Assembly: GCA_963710605.1 (NCBI GenBank)
Contig: CAVQBA010000004.1
Span: 192,001-256,000, forward strand
DNA length: 64,000 bases
Source: an uncultured cyanobacterium
GTDB lineage: Bacteria; Cyanobacteriota; Cyanobacteriia; Cyanobacteriales; Cyanobacteriaceae
Reading direction: 5' to 3'
Position 1 is the stretch's first letter; every line of letters starts with the position of its first letter. The notes under the pieces are model-generated. The model saw nothing but the letters and a program-made list of their open reading frames with translations. It ran no database searches and was not told the origin of the DNA. A program made the translations under genes and the position numbers. Positions 1-11,676 of this stretch are shown here, piece by piece.

Positions 1-85
1 CTAGACCAGCTACTGAAGGCTGATGACGTAAGATTAAACTGAGAAATTTTGATTTTTTTGTATTTTGTTTATTCGTATTTTTCAT
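1..85 (-). CDS. kptA: RNA 2'-phosphotransferase (KptA/Tpt1), N-terminal part, runs off the window
   Basis: Not in ORF track; manual translation from ATG at 85 gives MKNTNKQNTKKSKFLSLILRHQPSVAGL, containing the SKFLSxxLRHxP motif typical of the KptA N-terminus. Confidence 0.8.
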   Translation of the reverse strand, partial: MKNTNKQNTKKSKFLSLILRHQPSVAGL

Positions 86-145
86 ATTAATAATGTGGTA
101 AAAAATGAGTAGGTTAAAAATATTTATGGTCTGTTATTATTAAAC

Positions 146-170
146 CGCAGAGTACGCAGAGTACGCAGAG
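146..170. repeat. 9-bp tandem repeat (CGCAGAGTA) x~3
   Basis: cgcagagta cgcagagta cgcagag read directly. Confidence 0.8.
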
Positions 171-278
171 AGTAAGAAAGAGAGAGTTTTTCTGTACTTA
201 TTGATAATTTGAAGAATGAGAGTTTGTTAAAAGTGAGAGGTAGAGATAGAGCAAGTGGAATGAGCTTTTTAGTAATAT

Positions 279-337
279 TCAATTATTCATTGTTCATTAT
301 TCAATTGTTCATTGTTCATTATTCATTGTTCATTATT
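279..337. repeat. degenerate heptamer tandem repeat (TCATTGT/TCATTAT), STRR-like
   Basis: Alternating tcattgt/tcattat units upstream of argF. Confidence 0.75.
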
Positions 338-391
338 GAGACGGCTTAAGCTAAGATATGAAAATTATTCTTTGAGTATCAATGAAAGTAT

Positions 392-1315
392 ATGAGTAGT
401 TTGACAGGAAGAGATTTTTTAGGTATTGCTGAATTTAACCCCTACGAAATAAGAACAGTTTTAGATTTGGCGAAGGATTTAAAAAGTGGGGCAAAACAAT
501 TTAACTCTAATAAAACATTAGGATTATTATTTTATAAAGCCTCAACTCGTACTCGTGTTTCTTTTTCTGTAGCAATGTATCAGTTAGGTGGTAATGTTAT
601 TGACTTGAATCCTAGTCGTACTCAAGTAGGAAGAGGTGAGCCACTAGAAGATACAGCTAGAGTTTTAGACCGTTATTTAGATATTTTGGCGATTCGTACT
701 TTTGCTCAAGATGATTTAGAAACTTTTGCTAAATATAGCGATATTCCAATTATCAATGCCTTAACCGATTTAGAACATCCTTGTCAGATTTTAGCCGATT
801 TACAAACGATTGAAGAATCTTTTGGTCAACTAGAAGGCATCACCATGACTTATTTAGGAGATGGTAATAATGTCGCTCATTCCCTACTTTTAGGCGGTGT
901 TTTGATGGGAATGAATGTCCGTATTGCTACCCCCGAAGGATATGAGCCTGATTTAGATATAGTTGTAAAAGCTAAAGCCTTAGCTAAAAAACCTGAACAA
1001 GTTATCATTACCACTGATGTAGCAGAAGCGGTAGAAAATGCACAAGTATTATATACCGATGTCTGGGCAAGTATGGGGCAAGAAGAAGAAACGGCTCAAA
1101 GAGTACCTATTTTTCAACCTTATCAAATTAATCAATCTCTATTGGAGATAGCGGATAAAGACGCAATTGTTTTACATTGTCTCCCTGCCTATCGAGGAAA
1201 AGAAATCACCGAAAGTGTGATGGAAGGGAAACAATCTCGGATTTGGGATGAAGCCGAAAATAGAATGCACGCTCAAAAAGCTCTTATGGCTTGTCTTTTA
1301 GGTTTACCCGATTAA
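392..1315 (+). CDS. argF: ornithine carbamoyltransferase
   Basis: STRTR carbamoyl-phosphate motif, HPCQ, DVWASMG, HCLP motifs. Confidence 0.97.
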   Translation: MSSLTGRDFLGIAEFNPYEIRTVLDLAKDLKSGAKQFNSNKTLGLLFYKASTRTRVSFSVAMYQLGGNVIDLNPSRTQVGRGEPLEDTARVLDRYLDILAIRTFAQDDLETFAKYSDIPIINALTDLEHPCQILADLQTIEESFGQLEGITMTYLGDGNNVAHSLLLGGVLMGMNVRIATPEGYEPDLDIVVKAKALAKKPEQVIITTDVAEAVENAQVLYTDVWASMGQEEETAQRVPIFQPYQINQSLLEIADKDAIVLHCLPAYRGKEITESVMEGKQSRIWDEAENRMHAQKALMACLLGLPD

Positions 1316-1317
1316 TT

Positions 1318-1340
1318 GTAGGGTGAGGCACACCCCACCA
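1318..1340 (+). repeat. GTAG-type REP-like short palindrome directly after the argF stop
   Basis: gtagggtgaggcacaccccacca; similar GTAG/CTAC-bounded hairpins at 24427, 31433, 41234. Confidence 0.5.
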
Positions 1341-1411
1341 TATTTTTTAGCTTTAGGTGATTTCTAAATCATAAAAATACCAATTTTAGATTACCATAAG
1401 TTTTTTAAATA

Positions 1412-1487
1412 CTCCCCTCTCCTTGAGGACGAGGGGCTGGGGGTGAGGTTGAAGTGTTCGAGAGAGTTTGGGGGATTTAGGGGGCTT
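1412..1487. repeat. GC-rich hairpin repeat family copy (CCCCTCTCC..GAGGGG..GGGGTGAGG) plus a GGGGGATTTAGGGGG half copy
   Basis: GC-rich patch in AT-rich intergenic DNA, similar to copies at 27839, 33670, 34913, 34996. Confidence 0.7.
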
Positions 1488-1503
1488 AAAAAGTAATTAT
1501 TAA

Positions 1504-3997
1504 TTATTCATCATCAACTGCGATCGATTTTAGTAATATTCCCTGACTTTGAGACAGAGTTAAACCATTTAAGTCTTTAATATCTTCTACAGGAGGTAAA
1601 TCAGGAGTTGTCATCACCACTTCCCATTCTTCGACATTTAACTGTAACCAATCTAATAAAGTAATCTCTTTTGGCTCACCTTCTAAGTGAATTACCATCG
1701 CCATTTTTTCTTGCGGATTATCAGGATTAGTACGACTACCATAAACAATAGTTGTATCGTCTTCACTAATTTTGTTAAATCGATCGCTTGATTGTAGATT
1801 ACTATTTAACCAAGAATGTTGAGAACGAAATTGACGCATTGATAAATTGTGCTCCGTATTCTCATGATTAACTTGTTCTTCATAATGAGCTACATTACAG
1901 ACAGTATAACAATCTTGCATAAACATCAAAGCCCATAATTTAGATTTGTCACTATCAAGATATTTTAAAAATTGGTGCATTTCTGGATTTTTAAGAAAAT
2001 CAGCTACATCCATATCACAATAAGCACCTTCTACATCATGAAAACAAGCCTGACAAGCGGTGATAACTTCATCAAGATCATGATTTTTAGCTACCATCAC
2101 TTGATTTAAAGTGTTGATAAAATCTTTAAGTAATCTTAACTCGCTAAATCCCCACGATTTCATATTCAGAAAGACTTCTTCTTTATTATAAATATCTTCA
2201 GTTACTCGCCAATCGAGAAAACCTGCTTCTTCACAAACAACTTTAACTCCATATTGTTCATCAGTATTACGAAAAAACATCCACGGAACACGCAACAATA
2301 CATTAATAAAATCCATTGGTAAACCGGGGCTAAAACCATATACCCATAAAGATACCGCAGGATTATCGTAAGCATTATAAATAATTTCTACAGGAGTTTT
2401 ACCCAAATTCCAATTAAGGTTAGAACTAATCTTAATCTGATTACCACGACGAAAAGTATCATGATTACCACATCCTGTAATCCAGTTTTGCCCTTGATTC
2501 ATCACTTCACAAACACGATTCCACTTACGCTCCCAAAAACCTTTTAGTGCGGGTGTATTATGAGCAAAAATTAAAGGGCCCCATTGATAAGATTCAGGTT
2601 TGAGTTCAATTAAATCCATATAGGTTGATTTTTCTGCCCAACCTTCGTCTGGCCAAGGTCTGCCATCTTCGTAAACTGTAAATAATAGCCTTTTATTACC
2701 TTCTATGTTTTGTACAATATCGCTCATAGCCAACAAATATTGGTCATCTTGCTGGACAGTTCCTGTTAAAGGATTAAAAAAGCGAAAATCTTGTCCACCG
2801 TCGATTCTGATGCCATCTGCACCTGTATCCATTTTCCGTCTTTGCATTTCCAGAAGTAATGCTCTGACGATCGGCGATTGATGGTTTAAATCTTGCCCAT
2901 ACATATTTGGGCCTTTAAAATATTGACGATTAACTAATAATTCAGCTTGGTTATCTGCATGTCCATAAACCAAATCATAAATTAAATGGATAGGCTTGTT
3001 AGGGAAATTGTGTAATACACTGATAAAATCAATTAATTCATCAGGGCGTGATGTTCCTAAAAAAGTCGGATTAGTGGCATTAGAACCAATAATTGGTACG
3101 TCGTAGCCCCAGTTTTGTGTATTCGGTTTAGATAGTCTAACTTCGATCGTATAATTGGTGACTTCTCGATCTAAATTATCAACGTTAGTAACAAGATCAA
3201 ACATATTACTATCATCACTATAGTCTTTACGATACTCGATCGTTGGTTCTACAGGTAACAGTTGAATCGCATCATAACCAATATAGTTTTTTTCAATTGA
3301 TGATAAGGGTTCATTTTGACGAATTTTCTCAGCAATAGTACTATAAATACGAGTCAAGCCTTCAAATGTTCCTTCTTGACTTGCTGTACCTACGTGTAGC
3401 TGTAAAATATGTTGGGGCGTTTCAATTCTAGGTATTTCCTGATCATCAGTTACACCTGTAGCTTTAAAATACTCCAAATCTTTTCTTTGCTTTTGTAAGC
3501 TATTAAGATCATACAGTTCAGCACGAACCAAAAATACCATAAGGTAAAGAATAAGCCATTACATCACGGATAATTTCTACTTCTCCTGATGGGGCAATAT
3601 GTCTCAACCAATAAAAAGAACCTGATTTTTCTTTTGTACCACCTTGCATTCCTTCGACAACACCCCAGAAAAATTTACCTCGTCTTTTGAGGTAAACACA
3701 ATTGCGGCGAAAATTTATTTCTTGCAAACGTTGTCGCCAGTTAATTTCTTCGGTAGGAGTAAAAATTTCTAAGTAGATTTCTTTCGGGTGCATTACCTCT
3801 CGGATCAATTTAGGTGACCAAAATCCTACTTCTGTTAAGCCATCGCTACGATAATGTGCACCTAAACGAGTAGCAATAAGTTGGTTTTTTTCAAATATGG
3901 TTAAATCTGGTTTTTTTTCAACGTCAGCTATCCAATCAATAAATCTCTTGGTTTCTTCTTCATGTAAAGAAACTAAATTTTTGGTGGTGGTGATCAT
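1504..3997 (-). pseudogene. gghA: glucosylglycerol hydrolase (GghA/Slr1670-like), split by an apparent 1-nt frameshift near 3524-3540 (ORFs 3518..3997 and 1504..3540)
   Basis: Upstream ORF has RLGAHY..TEVGFW and ends SLPYGIF; downstream ORF continues AELYD..ILQLHVGTAS, NWGYDVP, DLVYGHADNQ, GIRIDGGQDF (glycoside-hydrolase-like core); joined length ~830 aa. Confidence 0.8.
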
Positions 3998-4338
3998 ATA
4001 TTTTTATACCTGATGGGAAAACAATTATAAGTAAAGTTAAAAGTCAAAAGTTAAACACAAAATTATCACGTTCAAGATGTTTTCATACTTTGACTGAAAA
4101 AAATTGGGATACAATCTTTATACTTTCAATTCATAAATAAGAAAAATTTACTCTTTAAATTTCAAGCCTTATTCTTTGAAGAAGAAGTAATTCTCACCGA
4201 ATAATTGCTTCGAGTAAAAATTTATCTCAATTCTCAATGACGGATCTTGATTAAATACTTTCCATATTATATTTAATTTTATGATCAATGTTATCTGTTT
4301 TTTAGCAATTCAGCATCAATTTGATCATTATCGATCAT

Positions 4339-4869
4339 TTAGCTCATTTTTTGATTCAAATATTCTTGATAACCCATCTTGTCTAATTCAGTTTGTTTAT
4401 CTTCTACCATTTCTCTAAGACTTTGGCTATAATCTTCAACTTTAGTCAGTAACTCCGGTTGTTGACTGGCTAAAATTCTAATGGCTAATAAACCAGCATT
4501 TTCGGCGTTACCAATCGCTACTGTAGCAACGGGTATTCCTCTAGGCATTTGTACGATCGAATATAAAGAGTCAACTCCTTGTAATTGTCTGGTAGTAACA
4601 GGTACACCAATCACAGGTAAAGGGGTCAAAGAGGCAACCATTCCGGGTAAATGAGCCGCTCCTCCCGCTCCAGCGATAATTACTTTTAAACCTCGTTTAT
4701 GAGCGTTTTGGGCATAATTTACCATTTTGGTAGGAGTCCGATGAGCCGAGACTATTTCTACTTCATAATTAACAGCAAATTTTTCGCAGATAACGATCGC
4801 ACTTTTCATGGTTGGTAAATCTGAATCGCTACCCATGATAATACCAATTTCTGGTTTGGTTTCGGACAT
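4339..4869 (-). CDS. purE: N5-carboxyaminoimidazole ribonucleotide mutase
   Basis: [26 protein letters not shown] motifs. Confidence 0.97.
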   Translation of the reverse strand: MSETKPEIGIIMGSDSDLPTMKSAIVICEKFAVNYEVEIVSAHRTPTKMVNYAQNAHKRGLKVIIAGAGGAAHLPGMVASLTPLPVIGVPVTTRQLQGVDSLYSIVQMPRGIPVATVAIGNAENAGLLAIRILASQQPELLTKVEDYSQSLREMVEDKQTELDKMGYQEYLNQKMS

Positions 4870-4875
4870 TTTATT

Positions 4876-4942
4876 TAGGGAATAGGGAATAGGGAATAGG
4901 GAATAGGAGAGGAAGGATGAAAGATGAGGGATGAGGGATGAG
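4876..4942. repeat. heptamer tandem repeats (TAGGGAA)x4 and (GGATGAG)-like x4
   Basis: Read directly between purE and the GMC oxidoreductase gene. Confidence 0.85.
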
Positions 4943-4980
4943 GAAGTAATAATTAATAATTAATTATTAATAGTTAGTTT

Positions 4981-6552
4981 TTACCTCTGCCCTTTTGACT
5001 GCAAACGCTCTAAAAGATGATCAGCAACTCTCAAAGCATTCGCCACAATAGTTAAAGTCGGGTTGACTGCGGCACTAGAACAGAAAAAACTACCATCTAC
5101 GACATAAAGATTCTCAATATCATGAGTACGACAATTAAGATCTAACACAGAAGTTTCTGGGTTTTCACCAAACTTACAAGTACCTACCTGATGGGCTACT
5201 GCCCCCAAAGGCATTTTATTATGAATGTAAAATTTAGGTTTGGCTGTATCTATTTTTTGAGGTAAGATATCTTCGATCGCACCTATATCTTTGAGAATTT
5301 CAATCCAACGTTTTTCTAATCGATCGTAAGCTTGAGAATTATTTTCTTGATATTGTAAAACAATTTGCTCATCATCAACTAAAATCCGATTTTCAGGATT
5401 TGGTAAATCTTCTGTCGTCAACCACCAATCTGTTGAGTGCATTGCTATTTGTTCAGCGGTTAAAGGAGTATAATCATCAATATCTTCTAACATTACAGGC
5501 AAAATTTTACCCGTAGTTTGGATTTGCCCCATGGGATAATCATAACCTTCCTCTCCCCAATAAAAATCTGTTACCGAAAGAGTTTTTTGAAATTTAGTTG
5601 GATTCAAGGTTTTAGAAATAGCAATCACCGAACCCAAAATATGCTTCATGAAATTACGCCCAACCAAATCTGAACTATTAGCTAAACCATTAGGATGTTG
5701 CTCATTAGCTGATTTTAAAAGTAATATAGGTGAATTTGCTGTGCCACAACATAAAGCAACGATATCCGCCGAAAAATGTTGTTTTTTTCCTTGTACATCA
5801 ACTAGTAAATCACTAATTTTTTTACCATCTGCTGTGGTATTTAATTTCAAAACCTTTGCTTGAGTTAAAAGAGTAACATTGTTATATTTCAAGCTCGGTA
5901 AAATACCTATCACCTCAGCATCAGATTTAGCTTTAATCAAACAAGGGAAACCATCACAAGTATCACAACGAATACAATGACTTAAAAACTTTTGTGATTC
6001 ATTAATATTGACTCCCATCGGCGTGTAATGAGGAGATAAACCTTTTTGCTCTTTTAATGCCGTAGCAATCTCTAACATTCTTGGCTCGTGAGCCACTGGA
6101 GGATGGAGATATTCATGACTACGACTAGGTTCGGTGGGATCATCACCGCTTTTTCCATGTACTTGGTATAGTTCTTCAGCTTCGTTGTAATATGGTTCAA
6201 AATCACTATATTTTAATGGCCACTCAGGAGAAATACCGTCTTGATGTTGATAAGCTTCAAAATCCTTTTCTCGCATCCGAAACAATGCCGCACCATAAAT
6301 CTTGGTATTACCACCTACATTGTAGTGCATTGTTGGTCGAAATTCTTTTCCCTGTGGGTCTTGCCAGAGTTCTTTTGTTCGATAACGTTCTTCATTAAAT
6401 ACGGCTTTTGCATCCCAATTTTCTTTTTCTGTAGGTAAAAAAGAACCTCTTTCTAAGATCAAAATTTTTTTTCCGCTAGATGCTAAGCGATAAGCTAATG
6501 TACTACCACCTGCACCTGTACCGACGATAATCAAATCATAATGTTGAGACAT
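4981..6552 (-). CDS. GMC family FAD oxidoreductase
   Basis: N-terminal GTGAGG FAD motif, VGGNT, CxxCxxCxG, HQVGTCKFG, NPTLTI. Confidence 0.9.
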   Translation of the reverse strand: MSQHYDLIIVGTGAGGSTLAYRLASSGKKILILERGSFLPTEKENWDAKAVFNEERYRTKELWQDPQGKEFRPTMHYNVGGNTKIYGAALFRMREKDFEAYQHQDGISPEWPLKYSDFEPYYNEAEELYQVHGKSGDDPTEPSRSHEYLHPPVAHEPRMLEIATALKEQKGLSPHYTPMGVNINESQKFLSHCIRCDTCDGFPCLIKAKSDAEVIGILPSLKYNNVTLLTQAKVLKLNTTADGKKISDLLVDVQGKKQHFSADIVALCCGTANSPILLLKSANEQHPNGLANSSDLVGRNFMKHILGSVIAISKTLNPTKFQKTLSVTDFYWGEEGYDYPMGQIQTTGKILPVMLEDIDDYTPLTAEQIAMHSTDWWLTTEDLPNPENRILVDDEQIVLQYQENNSQAYDRLEKRWIEILKDIGAIEDILPQKIDTAKPKFYIHNKMPLGAVAHQVGTCKFGENPETSVLDLNCRTHDIENLYVVDGSFFCSSAAVNPTLTIVANALRVADHLLERLQSKGQR

Positions 6553-6590
6553 AAAAGGTAAATAATTGTTCGCATATTAATTATTCTTAA

Positions 6591-8063
6591 CTAATTATTA
6601 CTTGTTTTGTAGCCTAATTTATGATTTTTTTTTGATTTATGATTATTCAACGGCAGAAATATAGTTAAAACTTCACCTTGATCTGGTTTTTGTTTGATAG
6701 TTAATTTACCACCTAAAGTCTGAAAAAGATTTTTAGTAACATCATTGCTTAAAGACAAATTACCTGTTTCTGGTTGAAATAATAATAATTTACCTAAACA
6801 TTTACGATTACCTGACTGATAAAAATTAAACTCAGACAAAAATTGCAATTTAAGTTGATTACCTACAGGTAAAATGACCACTTTAAAATCGCCACCACTA
6901 GGAGAATTACGGATAAATCTTTCCATTAAACCACCTAATGCTTGACTTAAAATCTTTGGCTCACTTACAATTTGAGGTAGTTTTTTCGGTATAACAATAT
7001 CAAGAACGATATTTCTTCTTTGAGCTTGTTTTTTCCATTGAGCGATACTTTGGTTTAAAATATTTTCTAAACAAGTATTAACTAAATGTACTGTTGGTTT
7101 ATGATTCGGTTTTGATTCAAATTCGACTGCTTGAAAAATCAACTCCATACGGTTAATTTGTTCATTACATTCTTGCTCAATATTATCTAAATACTTGGTT
7201 AAATCTTCACTTAATTTTGCTTTTCTTTTAAGTAACCTTGTGGTTGTTTTGATTGTGGCTAAGGGTGTTCTAATTTCGTGAGTTAATGCTTGTAGTAATT
7301 CTAATTCTGGATAAGGTGGTAAAGGAGTTTTTTTAAGAGAAATACTATGGTTTTTGACTTTGGTTTCTTGATTAGATTTACTGGAAAATTCAGATGTTGA
7401 TTCTGATTGTTTTAATGCTTTTAATAAATGAGTAGTAAATTGACTAACAATTTTGTAACAAGGAATGCAAGGAGAAAATTTACTAACTAGTTTTTGAATA
7501 TAATTAAGATTACGATCGTTATCTCTAATTAATCTAGCTTTAAGTAGATACCAAGCTTTGTTGACGGTTTCTGGAGAGAAGGAAAAATAAAATTGATTAT
7601 CCTGATTCTCATTTTCTGTTTTAACAATGACGCAAGCAAATGTGTCAGTGAAAACTAAACAAAATTGCTCTTCTCGTAATATGTCATCACTTTCTAAAGA
7701 AATATTGATAAATGAAGATGGAGAGAGTGAATGATTTTGATAACTATTATCTTCACAGGGCATCAAAGCTTTATTTGTTTTTATTGGTGAAGAAAAAACA
7801 ACTGTTTCTAATTGAGAAACTAGTTTGATATCATTAATAATTGGTGTTGGTGAAGAGATGACAACTGCTTGCTTGATTTCAGGATTAATTTTTTCGGTAT
7901 TAATCGTTTTAGACAATAGTTTTTGTATCGCAACGATTGCCGCATTCCATTGCTGTTGTGCTTGAATAACAGAATTAGAGTTATCATCTTGCTCTAAACG
8001 ATTGTCCTCATCATTCTGGAGAATTTGACTTAGTTTAATTGATAAACATTCAGATACAATCAT
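6591..8063 (-). CDS. hik2: sensor histidine kinase of the Hik2/chloroplast sensor kinase type
   Basis: HEIRTPL H-box, E-x-FCLVFT GAF-like segment, atypical ATP-binding domain ending LLFQPETGNLSL. Confidence 0.72.
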   Translation of the reverse strand: MIVSECLSIKLSQILQNDEDNRLEQDDNSNSVIQAQQQWNAAIVAIQKLLSKTINTEKINPEIKQAVVISSPTPIINDIKLVSQLETVVFSSPIKTNKALMPCEDNSYQNHSLSPSSFINISLESDDILREEQFCLVFTDTFACVIVKTENENQDNQFYFSFSPETVNKAWYLLKARLIRDNDRNLNYIQKLVSKFSPCIPCYKIVSQFTTHLLKALKQSESTSEFSSKSNQETKVKNHSISLKKTPLPPYPELELLQALTHEIRTPLATIKTTTRLLKRKAKLSEDLTKYLDNIEQECNEQINRMELIFQAVEFESKPNHKPTVHLVNTCLENILNQSIAQWKKQAQRRNIVLDIVIPKKLPQIVSEPKILSQALGGLMERFIRNSPSGGDFKVVILPVGNQLKLQFLSEFNFYQSGNRKCLGKLLLFQPETGNLSLSNDVTKNLFQTLGGKLTIKQKPDQGEVLTIFLPLNNHKSKKNHKLGYKTSNN

Positions 8064-8213
8064 TGTTAAATTATTACTTCATTTCTTCCCATGAATGTAA
8101 TAATAACTTGTTTGTTGTTATTAATTAAAGTGTTATAACCGTATATTTACATACTAGTTTTCACTATCTTTTGCTTTTTAGATTAACTTAGTAGTTAATG
8201 CGTCTAATTTGAT

Positions 8214-8822
8214 TTAATCTTCAATAATATTCAGATGAAACAAAATAAAATCAATAATTTCCGATAAACCTGTTTCGGTTTTCAAATTAGTCAAAATATA
8301 AGGTTTTGTTCCTCGCATTCTATTAGTATCTTCTCTCATTACTTCTAAACTAGCACCTACATAAGGAGCTAAATCAATTTTGTTGATCACTAATAAATCG
8401 GACTTTGTAATACCAGGACCACCTTTACGAGGTATTTTGTCCCCTGCGGCGACATCAATAACATAAATAGTTAAATCGACTAATTCTGGACTAAAAGTTG
8501 CCGCTAGATTATCACCTCCGCTCTCGACGAAGACTAAATCTAAATCACTGAATTTTTGTTCTAATTGCTCGATCGCTTCTATATTAATCGAGGCATCCTC
8601 TCGTATCGCTGTATGAGGACATCCTCCTGTTTCCACTCCCGCTATTCGATCGATCGGTAGTGCATTTGCTTTGGCTAAAAACTGAGCGTCTTCTTGGGTA
8701 TAAATATCGTTGGTAACTGCCGCAATTGAATAACTCGCTTTCATTTGTTGACACAAAGCGTTTAAAAGAGCCGTTTTACCTGAACCGACTGGGCCTGCTA
8801 TTCCGACACGAAAAGTACTCAT
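8214..8822 (-). CDS. ureG: urease accessory GTPase UreG
   Basis: [26 protein letters not shown]. Confidence 0.96.
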   Translation of the reverse strand: MSTFRVGIAGPVGSGKTALLNALCQQMKASYSIAAVTNDIYTQEDAQFLAKANALPIDRIAGVETGGCPHTAIREDASINIEAIEQLEQKFSDLDLVFVESGGDNLAATFSPELVDLTIYVIDVAAGDKIPRKGGPGITKSDLLVINKIDLAPYVGASLEVMREDTNRMRGTKPYILTNLKTETGLSEIIDFILFHLNIIED

Positions 8823-8890
8823 TTTAATCTATATTATATGCTAAGGATAATAACTAACTAAAGTTATTACCCTCAAAAAGCTACTAATGA

Positions 8891-9187
<297 letters not shown>

Positions 9188-9843
9188 TTATTTCCTTTGC
9201 TCAATAATTGATTAAAAATAAAGCTTACTACTAATGCAAGCCTCTATATGAATACTAAAGTATAAATGGCAATTATTCGATACAGATTAAAAATGAAATT
9301 GTTATCAGTAATTAATATAAGTTTTTTTTATAATATAAACAGAGCAAAACTATTGCTTAATATAAATATATATTTCTCTTATGAAAAGCCGATTATAGGT
9401 TTGTGAGTCTGTAATTATTTGCTCTAAAGGTAATTTCGCTCTTAACCTGTTATTAACAATACTTATATTTCGGAGGTCTATTAATATAACAAGTAAAGTT
9501 GATGACAATACAGTGTGGGTTGTAAGCAAGAATTTAAAAGTAAAAATATATTTATTTAAAAATCGATCTAAATACCTAATAAATAATTTGCTTGTAATAA
9601 CTGATCAACACTTTCAATATTATCTAAAACACGATCGTCAGGTTTTAAATCTTACTCTTTTTAAGTGATCACGTCAATGTAAAATATCGGTTCTCAAATT
9701 GAGAATTAATCCCCTTCTTTATGATTAATCTAGCAAGATAGTTTCAACAGATTAATTTTGGTTCATCGCTTCAAAGTAACTGAGATTGATATAATTTAAG
9801 TATAGATCTCAAATTTAAGATTTTAGATTAAAAAAAATTACTT

Positions 9844-10047
9844 ATGACACAAACAAACGTAAATTGTAAAGTTCAATGTGTTGATGGTTGTATTTTACCC
9901 GACAATTGTCCTAATCAAGAATATGTAGAAGAAACGACCAAATTTCTTGAAGATACATCTTTAGATAGAATAATTGAAATGGCTGAAATTGCCCGACTCA
10001 AAAAATTGAACGAACCACCTAAATGGGTGATTCCTGACGAAATTTAA
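9844..10047 (+). CDS. small Cys-containing hypothetical protein (CxxxCxxGC..CP)
   Basis: 67-aa ORF with ATG, four clustered Cys, followed by a hairpin. Confidence 0.7.
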   Translation: MTQTNVNCKVQCVDGCILPDNCPNQEYVEETTKFLEDTSLDRIIEMAEIARLKKLNEPPKWVIPDEI

Positions 10048-10052
10048 CCATC

Positions 10053-10082
10053 AAAAAAGGAGTAAGATTTTCTTACCCCTTT
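10053..10082. terminator. probable bidirectional intrinsic terminator between convergent genes
   Basis: aaaaaaggagtaaga-ttt-tcttaccccttt imperfect hairpin with A/T runs. Confidence 0.6.
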
Positions 10083-10122
10083 ACTCTTATATATCAATTG
10101 TTAATTGAATTAGCTATTTGTT

Positions 10123-11121
10123 CTAACTAGCAATAATATATTCTTTGACGCTACCTCTTTTTTTACGTAGATGAGCTAACGCTTGTTGTTCTAACTGACG
10201 TACTCTTTCTCTACTAATGTTCATTCTTTGACCAATTTTGGCTAAAGATAATTCTTTACCATCTTCTAAACCAAACCTTAGTCTTACTACTTGTTGTTGT
10301 TGAGGTGTTAATTCACCGATCAATTTTTGTAAATCTTGACGCATCAACTCTTGAGTAATATATTTATCAGGAGATACACCTTGATCTTCTAGTAGTTCAG
10401 ATAGTTCTGTATCTTGGTTATCACCAACTCGTACATCTAAAGATATTGGTTGACGAGCTATCCTGAAATACTCACGTATTTGAGCTGGTTCAAGTTCTAA
10501 TTTTTCAGCAATCTCTACTGGTGTTGGGCTTCTACCTAATTCTTGAGATAATTCTCTTTGAGTTTTTTTGATCTTATTGAGTTTTTCGGTAATATGAATT
10601 GGTAAACGGATTGTTCTAGCTTGTTGAGCGATCGCACGAGTGATAGCTTGACGAATCCACCAATAAGCATAAGTAGAAAATTTAAATCCTTTGGTAGGGT
10701 CAAATTTTTCAACTCCTCTTTCTAAACCTAAACTTCCTTCTTGGATTAAATCCAAAAATTCCATATTTCTTTTTTGGTATTTTTTAGCGATAGCGACAAC
10801 TAAACGTAAATTCGCCTCAATCATCTTTTGTTTTGCTCTTTCGCCTTGATGAATGAGTTTTTTTAATTCGCTAGTTGTATTACCGACCTCTTTTGCCCAT
10901 TCTTCTAAGCTAGGCTCTTTTTCTAATTGTTTGGCTAATTTTTCTTTTTTCTTGTGCAAGGACATCATCTTTTGTACTTGTTTACCGAAGACAATTTCTT
11001 GCTCATGACTTAAAAGAGGAACTTTACCAATTTCTTGTAGATAGGTACGCACCATATCCACTGTATTCACTTTTCTTTTGTCAACTTCATTGATGTTGGC
11101 AATAATTTTAGCACTGGACAT
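10123..11121 (-). CDS. sigB: group 2 sigma-70 factor, SigB-like
   Basis: [51 protein letters not shown]; lacks region 1.1. Confidence 0.8.
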   Translation of the reverse strand: MSSAKIIANINEVDKRKVNTVDMVRTYLQEIGKVPLLSHEQEIVFGKQVQKMMSLHKKKEKLAKQLEKEPSLEEWAKEVGNTTSELKKLIHQGERAKQKMIEANLRLVVAIAKKYQKRNMEFLDLIQEGSLGLERGVEKFDPTKGFKFSTYAYWWIRQAITRAIAQQARTIRLPIHITEKLNKIKKTQRELSQELGRSPTPVEIAEKLELEPAQIREYFRIARQPISLDVRVGDNQDTELSELLEDQGVSPDKYITQELMRQDLQKLIGELTPQQQQVVRLRFGLEDGKELSLAKIGQRMNISRERVRQLEQQALAHLRKKRGSVKEYIIAS

Positions 11122-11676
11122 AGAGCTTATTTTCTCCTAACTTCTGGTCAATATTTTTTTCAGTACAAGATTGATGGCGAGCCGCAACCTTAAAGGCTTT
11201 TGATCTTTTACAAACTTAAGACTGACTATTTATGGTCGAGTTCAACTACATATTTAGACTATCTTTGTTCGGCAAAAGTTCATTTATTTTAATAATTTAT
11301 AATAATTGTTCCCTAAAATGGAATAAAATCTGACCGATCGTGATAAAATTTTTGTTATCATGATAAGTTTTAGGGGTTGTTATATATTGCATTCCTTCTA
11401 TCATGACAAATTTCATGATATATTGATATCCGTCAAATTGAGTAATTACCGAACGTGATAGTTGGGGTTTCATCATTACTCTATACTTTTGTTGATTAGA
11501 TTAGATGTATTTGAAGTTACGAAACTCTCGAATTTTGTAAAATACATAAAAATCACATTAGAGGTTAGCGATTGAGAATTAGGGGTTAAGAATTTTCACC
11601 GAATAATTGCGTAGCCGAACTTATTCATTGCAATTTTATATATCATCTGTACTCTGTTCACTGTTTTTTGCTTTGT

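Noticed and set aside
5648..6438. Short + strand ORFs inside the GMC oxidoreductase, and similar shadow ORFs inside serA, cysS, frr, ycf46, flv3 and the RND gene
   Set aside because: Antisense or off-frame shadows of well-supported genes with no recognisable motifs
8141..8154. GTA-N8-TAC NtcA-like site upstream of the Hik2-like gene
   Set aside because: Only six informative bases in AT-rich DNA and no correctly spaced -10 element
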